This document shows, piece after piece, positions 53,570 to 62,155 of a DNA stretch of 64,000 bases (positions within the stretch are counted from its first letter, which is position 1; each line of letters begins with the position of its first letter). The stretch lies in NCBI GenBank assembly GCA_030867685.1, contig JAQOWU010000003.1, positions 372,001 through 436,000 of the forward strand, written 5' to 3'. The translations under genes were made by a program, and so were the position numbers. Source of the stretch: Wickerhamiella versatilis. Taxonomy: Eukaryota. The notes under the pieces are model-generated. The model saw nothing but the letters and a program-made list of their open reading frames with translations. It made no database searches and was not told the origin of the DNA.

Positions 53570-55156
53570 ATGATTCTACGACTTCACAATCGCCGAATAC
53601 TCCTCTTTCTTTTCACAGCATGTATAATCGTATTGTATACTGTATTCGTTCGTGGCGATTTTTCCCGCAAAATACAGATGTCGGGACTTCTCTCTAGTTT
53701 AGGTGGCCAAAAGATACTAGCATTACCACCACACTCTTACCTCACAACAAAACTGAATTCAGGTGAGGTTTGGCGGGACCCTTTTCGGTATCGCCAAGAT
53801 ACCATCCGTGCTCCACAGCCGATCCCCGGATCGGTTATTCGCCCCCTTTCTGACGATCCACTAGATCCACGAGCTGATGATATATTTCTCATGGCGAAAA
53901 CTGGTTCTGATGTCATGTGGAGTAGGATGCCGGTACATCTGCACACCACGTTCTCGAGGTTCCCTAATTTTGCGATATACAGCGACCGCCCAGGGACTAT
54001 AGCAGGATATGAGGTTATTGACATTCTCGCGGACATGCCAGAAGATGTATTGAATAGTCAAGATTTATTCAAGTACAGAATTATGCGCGAAATGCAGGAT
54101 GACGCGTGGACGTGGAGCGCCGAGGATATCACGCTAGAAGAGGGGTGGAATATGGACCGGTTTAAAAATATTCCCATGATGTTGCATGCATACAAAAACG
54201 CTCCGGCGAAGACTCAATGGTTTATAATGATCGATGATGATACCTACATGTTCTCCGGTAACATTGCCAAGTTTTTGAGGACGTTAGACAGTAGTCGCCC
54301 TTACTATATTGGAAGCATCGCTATGGTTCGTGATGTTTTTTTTGCACATGGTGGATCTGGTGTAATTTTTTCTAGAGCAGCACTGGATAAAGTTTTTGGG
54401 CCTGAAGCGAGGATGTCACATGAAGAACTTTTGAATAAGTACGCCAATAAAGCGCTTGATCTTAATCCTCCATTTGGGGATCTAATGGCTGCACATTTAT
54501 TGGAGTTTGATGGTGGTGTATATTTAAACACAAAAGACCCAGACTCTGTAATTGCTAAGTTGGACTTATTTGATCGCAGTCAGGATATGTTTCAGGGGGA
54601 AAGAATAGCTAGCACTTGGGTGAATGAAGACCTCTGGTGTTGCCCATTGGGGACATTCCACAAATTACGACCGAACGAAATAGAGACCTTATGGGAGTGG
54701 GAGCAATCAAGAGCCTCTCCCGGTTACCGACTACTTTATTATGACTTTTATCACGATTTCATATTGCCTTACATTTCCGAGGAGGTTGAAAACTGGGTTA
54801 TTCCTGGAGGCAAGATTCTTGATGACGCGTATATTAAAGAATCCCAAGGCGCTTATGATGATTGGGACAGTATGCCCAGCGAAGATAAAGAGAGCTGCAA
54901 AAAAGCCTGCATTAATATGGATAAGTGCCTATCCTGGTCCTTTAAACCTGGCGAGTGTCGTGTACAAGAAAATGGGGTATCCAGAGGGATTCACGCGAGT
55001 CTCGACGATCCGACATGGGTGTCTGGTTTCCTCATTAACAAGATCCGCAAAATTAGAATCGCTCAGACCTGTGATCCACTGACAGTGAGTGAACTGGGTA
55101 TTGTAAATGATTCTCCGAAAACGTCAGAAGGATGGTACCACCGTAAGCGTGCTTGA
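53570..55156 (+). CDS. Fringe-like GT31 glycosyltransferase (tandem copy 2)
   Basis: Close paralogue of 51502, sharing PVHLHTT..RFP.FA.YSDRPG.IAGYEVIDILA, WFIMIDDDTY and TSEGWY. ATG at 53570; the track starts at TTG 53516. Confidence 0.9.
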   Translation: MILRLHNRRILLFLFTACIIVLYTVFVRGDFSRKIQMSGLLSSLGGQKILALPPHSYLTTKLNSGEVWRDPFRYRQDTIRAPQPIPGSVIRPLSDDPLDPRADDIFLMAKTGSDVMWSRMPVHLHTTFSRFPNFAIYSDRPGTIAGYEVIDILADMPEDVLNSQDLFKYRIMREMQDDAWTWSAEDITLEEGWNMDRFKNIPMMLHAYKNAPAKTQWFIMIDDDTYMFSGNIAKFLRTLDSSRPYYIGSIAMVRDVFFAHGGSGVIFSRAALDKVFGPEARMSHEELLNKYANKALDLNPPFGDLMAAHLLEFDGGVYLNTKDPDSVIAKLDLFDRSQDMFQGERIASTWVNEDLWCCPLGTFHKLRPNEIETLWEWEQSRASPGYRLLYYDFYHDFILPYISEEVENWVIPGGKILDDAYIKESQGAYDDWDSMPSEDKESCKKACINMDKCLSWSFKPGECRVQENGVSRGIHASLDDPTWVSGFLINKIRKIRIAQTCDPLTVSELGIVNDSPKTSEGWYHRKRA

Positions 55157-55337
55157 TACTAAATAAGGCCGGGCGCTTTCTTTCATATCTTACCGTGCTC
55201 TGTTTATAATATGCATTTGTAACTCTAGTGATATTTCTCCTGACTTAGAACGAATTAAAATAAATCAAAAAAGCATTAGGCAGATTACAGACCCTAGACT
55301 TGCCCTGGTCGGTTATTACTAGAAAATTCTGAAAACG

Positions 55338-56411
55338 TTACAGTTGGTTCATTAAAAATCCACTATTAATGAAGTCCTCAGGTTCAGCAACGAAACTAGT
55401 TATGCTTGTATAGTATGCATATCCATCGACGCGGACAATCACCGCATTTTTGCCCCGAAAATCTACTTCTTCCACTAATTCGGCACTGAAAGCACCTTTC
55501 CTATAGTGATTGGAAACCAATGAGTTGTAATTCCAGCGCATTCCAAGAGGACGACACCCTTTAGCGTGCGAGACGGCCATACGGGCGCATACGCATGAGC
55601 CTGTGGGTGATCTATCAATTTCATTATCGGCGAAAAAGCATAACCCCGTTTCGGAGTCATTCTCTTTGTCAGGGCTCGTAATCATGATACCATATAAAAA
55701 AGATAGTCTATCATCTTCAGGATGTTTCACTGCTTTCACAATTTCCGGTTGATTTTCGAGTTTCTTTTTAAGCTCTTTTGCCTTCTGGCCTACCTTATCG
55801 ATGTCAAAATCATCAGATAGGCTAGAAAGTCCAAAGTATTCACAGCTGATCAGCGCATAAAAGGCTCCACCATAGCCAACATCAACCGTCATTCCATCAA
55901 TGTTAATATTTAACGCAGAAGCAATGCAAGGAACGGAAAGAAATGATACCGGTCGCGAGGGATCTGATTTTCCCTGATGATTTACAGGTGCGCTGACTCT
56001 AACGATGCCACAAGGTGCATGAAGGTTTATATTCACGCTTGAAGCTCCAATTTGTTGTTTTGCAATACCAGCATCGACTAGATATCTGCCGAGAGCAATA
56101 GTGGCATGGCCACACATGGTAGAAAAGCCATCATTGTGTATAAATAGCACACCTATGTCAGCTTTTCCGGCCTCGGTATACTCAGTCTTAGGACACAATA
56201 TCGCACCATACATATCGAAATGGCCCCGAGGCTCAAATATTATTCGCTTCCGCAAGTAGTCATATTGTGTCGAAGCCTGTTCGCGCTGTTCTAGCAAGGT
56301 TCCAGACAGCTGGGGAAACCCCCCATATATGATTCTCGTTGGTTCCCCTGTTGTGTGCATTTCGACACAACGAATCGCATCTCGCTCCAAAATACTGAGT
56401 GACTCTATCAT
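55338..56411 (-). CDS. Proline racemase-family enzyme, trans-3-hydroxy-L-proline dehydratase type
   Basis: MHTTGEPTRI, EPRGH.DMYG, MCGHA (Cys) and DRSPTGS (Thr). The Cys/Thr pair marks dehydratases. ATG at 56411. Confidence 0.88.
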   Translation of the reverse strand: MIESLSILERDAIRCVEMHTTGEPTRIIYGGFPQLSGTLLEQREQASTQYDYLRKRIIFEPRGHFDMYGAILCPKTEYTEAGKADIGVLFIHNDGFSTMCGHATIALGRYLVDAGIAKQQIGASSVNINLHAPCGIVRVSAPVNHQGKSDPSRPVSFLSVPCIASALNINIDGMTVDVGYGGAFYALISCEYFGLSSLSDDFDIDKVGQKAKELKKKLENQPEIVKAVKHPEDDRLSFLYGIMITSPDKENDSETGLCFFADNEIDRSPTGSCVCARMAVSHAKGCRPLGMRWNYNSLVSNHYRKGAFSAELVEEVDFRGKNAVIVRVDGYAYYTSITSFVAEPEDFINSGFLMNQL

Positions 56412-56863
56412 AGTCCTGAGATTAATAATTTCGAGAGGAGCAGTTGACAGCAGGATCTTTCTCAACCAATAATTGGTTTCCAATAGGATATTTCGATACT
56501 TTATCTCAATAGTTGTGAATTAAAGCACAATTTGCTTACTCTTATAATAAAATTCCTATCGTCTTATGGTTCAGTTTGTTTTGCATTGCTTTTGATGTAA
56601 CAACCTTATCTAATGCGACCGATTCTTCCACCATATTGAGCTAAGACCTAATTAGACTTTTTTTTATTTTGTCACACTTTACCCGTTATCGCTAGATCAT
56701 TTGATTATGCTAGTGGAAGCTCTATATTATCTGATCCTCTCAAATCTTCTCACAGAGATTTGGACGAGCAGAGATAGCAGAATCAACTAAGTGATAACAC
56801 AGTTAGTTTTCGCAAATAGATGCCAAAAATAGTTACTCTGATTGAGTTAACATGCCTAGAAAC

Positions 56864-58288
56864 TCAATGTATAGGGAAAGCTTCAGATAGCCTGGTCATT
56901 CTGGCGGGATCTGTCACACTCCAAAATTTATGCGCTGCCTCCCCAACAAGATTAGAAGATTCCTCTAAGTCTTGCTTGTCGGATGGGGCAAAGGATATGC
57001 GGAAGTAGCGGGCCATATGATCTGCGTCATCAGGTACAGGGGCAAACATGTACCCAGGGCTCACTAAGGTTGGACGCGACTGCTCGGTTTGGAACATCCA
57101 AAATGCTCTTGATAGGTTAAGGGACCCGATTCTTTCATACAGAGGATGACGCTCAAAGTGTACAAGTACCCATACGAACATACCTGCCTGGGGCGGTGAA
57201 TAGTCCAGGATACGCTCTGCGCCCATATACATCCACTTCTCAAGCCCACGACATAATAAGTCCCTCCGTTCGTGATATTCTCTCTCTAGGCTTTCCAGCC
57301 AGTTCATCCACCCTGCATGACCCCAGTTTTTAAGCGTTTTAAGCACTATCAGTTGGGAAAATCCGGAGGGATGCGCATTAACTTCTTCGGTCTGATAGTA
57401 CAGTCTCCTTATAAGGGATGGCTGAGCAGTCACCCAGCCGAGTCGTGAGCCTGGAGCAAAGTTCTTGGAAAAACTATCAAGACGAATAACCCGTCCATCA
57501 ATATCTATCTGTAAATAACATTTCTCTTTTTCGGGGCTGTACTGTAGAAACCAATACGGTTCGTCTTCAGCAATGATAACATCGAAATCACTGAGTATTT
57601 TATAAAGTTCCTTTCGACGACTCAGAGGTGTGGTTGCACCAGTCGGGTTCTGGCCAATACTTACTGTATAGAGGAGATGGGGTCTTTTACCTTTCGTGGA
57701 GTCCCAATTCGCCAGGGTCTCGTACAGGGCATCGGGTAGCATACCATACTGGTCCATTGCAACCGAGACCACGTTGAGGCCACGAACACGAGCAGCCTCC
57801 GCTGCGCATGAATATGTGAACTCTTCAACAAGAATTCCCTGGCGGTTATTTACATCACCCTCATCATCCCACTCATTACTCAGGACTTGGAGGACCTTGG
57901 ACCATCCGTCAGTAGTACCGGAGGTAATGAGAGTCTCAAATCCTGGTTCATATAGGGGTGTAGCAATGTAGTCATAGGTAAATTTGCGAATCCACTCCGC
58001 CAGTTCCTTCAATCCCGATGCTTTGCCGTATTGAAGTCCGTTCTCCAAATCACGATGTGATGCTGAGACAATATGCTCTGGAGCCGATGGGTTTTCAAGG
58101 CGTTCCGGGTCGGCAGTCTCCGCCTGCACCCAGTCAATAGGGAAAAGTGATGGGTGAGGAAGCCCACCACTGAGGTCACTTATACCAGGAAGTTCTTGAT
58201 ATTTATAGAATAGCTTGTACACGTTGGCTTTCCGACGACGTGCTGGACCACTCAGGTAATGCTCTAATGATACTGGTTGAGGACCCAT
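56864..58288 (-). CDS. PLP-dependent class I aminotransferase (Aro8/2-aminoadipate transaminase-like)
   Basis: LSGGLP, LQYG...G, LYTV..GQNPTG, EDEPY, DSFSK..APG.RLGW (PLP Lys) and AGMF.W. ATG at 58288. Confidence 0.9.
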   Translation of the reverse strand: MGPQPVSLEHYLSGPARRRKANVYKLFYKYQELPGISDLSGGLPHPSLFPIDWVQAETADPERLENPSAPEHIVSASHRDLENGLQYGKASGLKELAEWIRKFTYDYIATPLYEPGFETLITSGTTDGWSKVLQVLSNEWDDEGDVNNRQGILVEEFTYSCAAEAARVRGLNVVSVAMDQYGMLPDALYETLANWDSTKGKRPHLLYTVSIGQNPTGATTPLSRRKELYKILSDFDVIIAEDEPYWFLQYSPEKEKCYLQIDIDGRVIRLDSFSKNFAPGSRLGWVTAQPSLIRRLYYQTEEVNAHPSGFSQLIVLKTLKNWGHAGWMNWLESLEREYHERRDLLCRGLEKWMYMGAERILDYSPPQAGMFVWVLVHFERHPLYERIGSLNLSRAFWMFQTEQSRPTLVSPGYMFAPVPDDADHMARYFRISFAPSDKQDLEESSNLVGEAAHKFWSVTDPARMTRLSEAFPIH

Positions 58289-58706
58289 TCTGTCAATTGC
58301 TAGTGGGGGGACTTTCACAAGACAGGGTAGGTTACTCCGCAGGTGATGACTGTACTCTTATCATGCTGGGGTTTCATCATTTAGCCGCCTGGCGGCTGTT
58401 GAACGCGTCCTCCGGAGCCATTAGGTTAGAAAGGGACATTATAGGATTGATAATGCTGCTTCAGATTTCTTTTGTTTGATTATGGCGCCTTTCTGCGATT
58501 ATTTATGTCCACCGATTACGACTTACCTTTAGAAGAAACTGGGACACAGTCTGTCTACCAACCAGTTCACTGTTATAGTATAAAATTTTTGGTAAATCAC
58601 TAGTACTACACGTAACGAATGGTAGGCGTCTTGCTTTAAGAGTAATATGTACCAACACCATCTAGCTAGAATATTAGCTCCATTTACCATAAAAGAGTAA
58701 GCACAA

Positions 58707-58786
58707 TTTGCATTTCTCACGCAAGTACAAGCTTGATCGAGTTCAAACGGTATCTTCTCAGCTCACATAGGAGCGCCCGCAGCAAA
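58707..58786 (-). ncRNA. TPP riboswitch aptamer, copy B (3'-most)
   Basis: Minus strand reads UUUGC-U-GCGGGC-GCUC-CUAUGU-GAGC-UGAGA-AGAUACCGU-UUGAA-CUC-GAU-CAAG-CUUGUA-CUUG-CGU-GAG-AAAU-GCAAA. Stems: P1 UUUGC/GCAAA, P2 GCGG/CCGU, P3 GCUC/GAGC, P4 CUC/GAG, P5 CAAG/CUUG. The UGAGA J3/2 and GCG motifs are present. Confidence 0.88.
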
Positions 58787-58882
58787 ATCATGCTTAGAAA
58801 ATGGCACACTGGACTCCTCTTCACACATGCTTAGAGATCAGAGGCAAAAGTCCAAGGAAAAATGAAGGAAATAAATAACCTA

Positions 58883-58968
58883 TAGCGTCGATCCTCACGC
58901 AAGTACAAGCTTGATCGAGTTCAAACGGTATATTCTCAGCCCAGCCAAGGGGCACCCGCACAACGCCA
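58883..58968 (-). ncRNA. TPP riboswitch aptamer, copy A
   Basis: Minus strand reads UGGCGUUG-U-GCGGGU-GCCC-CUUGGCU-GGGC-UGAGA-AUAUACCGU-UUGAA-CUC-GAU-CAAG-CUUGUA-CUUG-CGU-GAG-GAU-CGACGCUA. It has an 8-bp P1, P3 GCCC/GGGC and the TPP core motifs; only the L5 loop is atypical. Confidence 0.9.
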
Positions 58969-58977
58969 AAAAAAGAA

Positions 58978-59025
58978 CTGTATATGTTAGTCGTAACCGA
59001 TTCGTAATTTCATTTTGATACTTAC
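58978..59025 (-). other. 48-nt spliceosomal intron in the 3' UTR of the NCS1 permease
   Basis: CAG|GTAAGTAT donor at 59025, GACTAAC branch point at 58992-58986 and TACAG acceptor ending at 58978. It starts 46 nt after the TGA stop. Confidence 0.75.
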
Positions 59026-59071
59026 CTGGTCAGAAGGATAGGCCGTAATTGCATTCTGATGAATTAGGGTG

Positions 59072-60580
59072 TCATGTTACCACACCCCTAAAGTAAATCT
59101 CGATTGGACGCGTAACTAAATATGCAAACGCGGTAAACCCGAAAGAGAGGAAAGTGCCAAGTTCGCCACCCTCAACTCCAATTGTCTGGGCTAGTCGTCC
59201 AACATAGTAAGTCTGGTCCATTCCGATAACCGCCCCAGCTATTCCGCAGCAAAACGAAAACGTGGCGGCCCACATGATTGGAAAATGTCGAGGGTTGTCC
59301 CATTGGACCCACTGATAGTCTGGCTTCCCAATACGCATTACCAGTGTCTCCAGTATAAGAATAGTACCATACATCACACTCCAATAGCCAATCATGGGAA
59401 TAAAGTTATTCACAGTATCTGCCCACTTGCTACGGCCCACAGATGAGAGCACGAAAAATATGATACAGCCAAGAAATGTGTAAATAAAGCGCGGAAGCTT
59501 TTTCAGAGGTCTTCCTAATGTCTGACAACCAAGACCGAACGAGTACATCGTGAAAGTTAAATTGAAGATGATGGAAATGAAAACTAGGACAAGTAAAAAC
59601 TTACCACCACCTTTCCATCGCTTCATACTTTCTGCCAATAAGCCGGCGGCATTACCACCATCGTTATAAAATGCGTCATAGAGATTCTGGGATCCAAAGG
59701 TCGCACCCGCACTGAGTCCTACCCCAATTGCACCTACAAAAACGGTAGGAACCCACATTGCAAATAAGGTGGAGAAATAAACCTTCCATGGTTTACAATC
59801 TTCGGGGAAATAGATGTAGTAGTCCCCGCAGCCAATCCACGTGGAAGTGATTCCTACGCTGGACTGGAACATCCCTATCCAAGAAACAACTCCACCAGAT
59901 CCAGAACTTTTATTCGGAGCTATGGTGTCCCAGTCTCTTGCTGTGCAAATATACACCAACAGGAATGCAATCAGTACTGGCCCTACAAATATATTGTCGA
60001 ATAGAGATACAGTGGGAATTCCAAAAAGCGTAACAAGGGCAGTAGCTAGGAAAATGATTAGAATGCCATAGAAAGTGTCCATTGATTTGTCTGAAACTGC
60101 AGAAAGCAACTGGCCTCCAAATACTGCAGATACGATTGCAAATCCCACACCAGTGAGAAGATTCAGCAATGCAATAAATTTAGCAGGCCACCATCCAAAC
60201 TGGTATCGAACTCCAACCATCGATCTAAGCCCACTTCTTACACCCATTACTGCTCCAAAAGCACCAAAAAGGGATCCAACAAAGGTTCCGAAAAAAGACG
60301 CGCTTAACGAGCCCTTAAATCCAAGACCAAAAAGTTGGCTGCCGGTAAAGAAGCCCGTCATGGACGTAACACTTCCACAGGCAGCCAGCCATATAGCTAG
60401 AAGCCTCGAACAATGGCGCCAGTCAGCTTGAAGTCGTTCCTCAGGTATTCGCCTTTCAATGCCCCAGCCTTCGCCTTGCCTATATATCCAATCGACAACA
60501 AGCCAAAGATAGCGAAAAGGGGCATAAGGCCGGATCTCGGTATAGACACTCCCATACTTCTTTGATGCTTCTTGTGTCAT
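59072..60580 (-). CDS. NCS1 purine-cytosine permease family transporter (TPN1/FCY2-like)
   Basis: GIER, F.G..LFGL, G..SGLR.MV..RYQFGWW, V.GGQLL.AVS, DYY, YS.GL..Q, PR, NF..MIGYW and IGMDQTYYVG, with about 12 TM segments. Confidence 0.92.
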   Translation of the reverse strand: MTQEASKKYGSVYTEIRPYAPFRYLWLVVDWIYRQGEGWGIERRIPEERLQADWRHCSRLLAIWLAACGSVTSMTGFFTGSQLFGLGFKGSLSASFFGTFVGSLFGAFGAVMGVRSGLRSMVGVRYQFGWWPAKFIALLNLLTGVGFAIVSAVFGGQLLSAVSDKSMDTFYGILIIFLATALVTLFGIPTVSLFDNIFVGPVLIAFLLVYICTARDWDTIAPNKSSGSGGVVSWIGMFQSSVGITSTWIGCGDYYIYFPEDCKPWKVYFSTLFAMWVPTVFVGAIGVGLSAGATFGSQNLYDAFYNDGGNAAGLLAESMKRWKGGGKFLLVLVFISIIFNLTFTMYSFGLGCQTLGRPLKKLPRFIYTFLGCIIFFVLSSVGRSKWADTVNNFIPMIGYWSVMYGTILILETLVMRIGKPDYQWVQWDNPRHFPIMWAATFSFCCGIAGAVIGMDQTYYVGRLAQTIGVEGGELGTFLSFGFTAFAYLVTRPIEIYFRGVVT

Positions 60581-61072
60581 GATGCTTACAAGATTTCACG
60601 ACGAAGACACAGAACCCTCTTTCGTAGTCAGAGCGATGTAGTCATCGTTGCGGAACGGTAAGCATGAAACACTGAGTCATTCATAAGATTAGATTTCATG
60701 GGCAGTGTATTATTCGGGTTCTGGACATCTTCCGGATTGCTTGAAATGGCCTCTCTTTCGCTAGGAGCATCCCTCGGTAGCATAATTAAATTTGTTACTT
60801 GGTGTGCATTATTTACGCCCGAGTGAACTTATGAATTATGCAACTTATTTAGTTATCCCATTTTAATCAGCGCATATGAGTACTGCTAAGGTACTCTGAT
60901 CAGATGAGCACCTGTATAACTCACTGAGAGTCGCAGTTAGCAATCTTTTCACTACCAATTATATGGAGATAAATTTCATAAACAAATACGTTCTATTTAC
61001 TTTCTATAGACCACCTAAAAAATGCCTCTTGATTTCAACCTGTTAACTGCATGACGGAATATTGTTGGGCAT

Positions 61073-61825
61073 TCACGCGCAGAATCCACCGTCAACGTTG
61101 ATGGTAGTACCAGTAATGTGACCTGCCTCGGGGCTTGCCAGGAAGGCCACCGTAGCGGCAATATCTTCGGCTTTTCCATATTTACCATTGGCTGCAAATG
61201 ATTTGAGAGTCTCAGCAAATGGAACAGAGTCTGGATTCATGTCTGTATCGATGGGGCCAGGCTGAACCAGGTTGACTGTTATGTCCTTCTTTCCCAAGTC
61301 ACGAGCCCAGCCTCGAGTATATCCAGCAACGGCCGCCTTTGAGGCTGCGTAGTCGGCTAAGCCGGGAAGTGGGGCACGGTCCGCGAAGATGGAACCAATA
61401 TTAATGATTCGGCCACCAGGCTTTAACAGGGGGACTGCTGCACGCACTGCGATGGCAACACCTTTCACGTTGACTTCCAGCTGACGATCCAAAGCTTCAA
61501 TATCAGCATTAGGATCATCAACAGGAGCGCCTGCCAGTACCCCAGCATTGTTCACCAATATGTCAATACTACCAAAAGTCTCGTACGCCTTAGCTATAAG
61601 CGAGCGGATCTCTGAAGGAACGGCCTGATCAGCCTTAACCGGAAAGATCTCGGACCCACTTTTGAGCTGAACCTGTGTTGCCAAATTCTCAGCGTCCTGC
61701 GTTGACCTGCCATAGCTGAAGACAACGTTGGCCCCTGCATCAGCCAAGCTTCTAACAATTGCTGCACCTATACCACGAGAGCCACCAGTTACGACTGCTA
61801 CCTTTCCTTTAAGCGTTCCTGCCAT
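61073..61825 (-). CDS. Short-chain dehydrogenase/reductase, bacterial-like (BdcA/YjgI-type)
   Basis: VTGGSRGIGAAI, LVNNAG, GGRIINIGS, YAASK, ARDLG...ITVN.VQPGPIDTDMNP and DGGF. Confidence 0.92.
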   Translation of the reverse strand: MAGTLKGKVAVVTGGSRGIGAAIVRSLADAGANVVFSYGRSTQDAENLATQVQLKSGSEIFPVKADQAVPSEIRSLIAKAYETFGSIDILVNNAGVLAGAPVDDPNADIEALDRQLEVNVKGVAIAVRAAVPLLKPGGRIINIGSIFADRAPLPGLADYAASKAAVAGYTRGWARDLGKKDITVNLVQPGPIDTDMNPDSVPFAETLKSFAANGKYGKAEDIAATVAFLASPEAGHITGTTINVDGGFCA

Positions 61826-62155
61826 TATAATCTGTTCTCTTTGTTGATCGGAAGTTGTTACACTTGCTGTCTCAACTTGTTGTAATAATACGGAGTTTTT
61901 GGCTAGACCACAACCCTAACCCCACCCTCATCGGTAATTTGGTTTTCGAGAGGAGTCCCAGTTGGAAGCTTTCGAAAGATATGCGAAATCGTGAAATAAA
62001 TGAACTTGAGATGCCAGTGGTGTCTGTGTAAGCAATGATAGGATTTATAGGCTGTAATAAAATTGTATTTAATGCGAGTGCGCGGGTGCTACAGAAGAAA
62101 TTGAAAATCAGGATGATGCTTCAAATTATAAATACATAGCTCGAAGCCCTTGATC

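Noticed and set aside
55338-56411. Proline racemase or hydroxyproline epimerase
   Set aside because: The second catalytic position is Thr (DRSPTGS), not Cys.
58716-58931. 38-bp direct repeat read as a CRISPR repeat, LTR or transposon end
   Set aside because: There are only two copies, with no cas or transposase genes and no target-site duplication. The flanks covary as RNA stems, which fits riboswitch aptamers.
59018-59075. ATACTTACCTGG on the plus strand, identical to the 5' end of U1 snRNA, with a nearby ATTGCA
   Set aside because: There is no U1-70K loop (GATCA.GAAG) or recognisable U1 body, and it would run antisense into the permease CDS within about 55 nt. It is better explained as the reverse complement of a strong splice donor.
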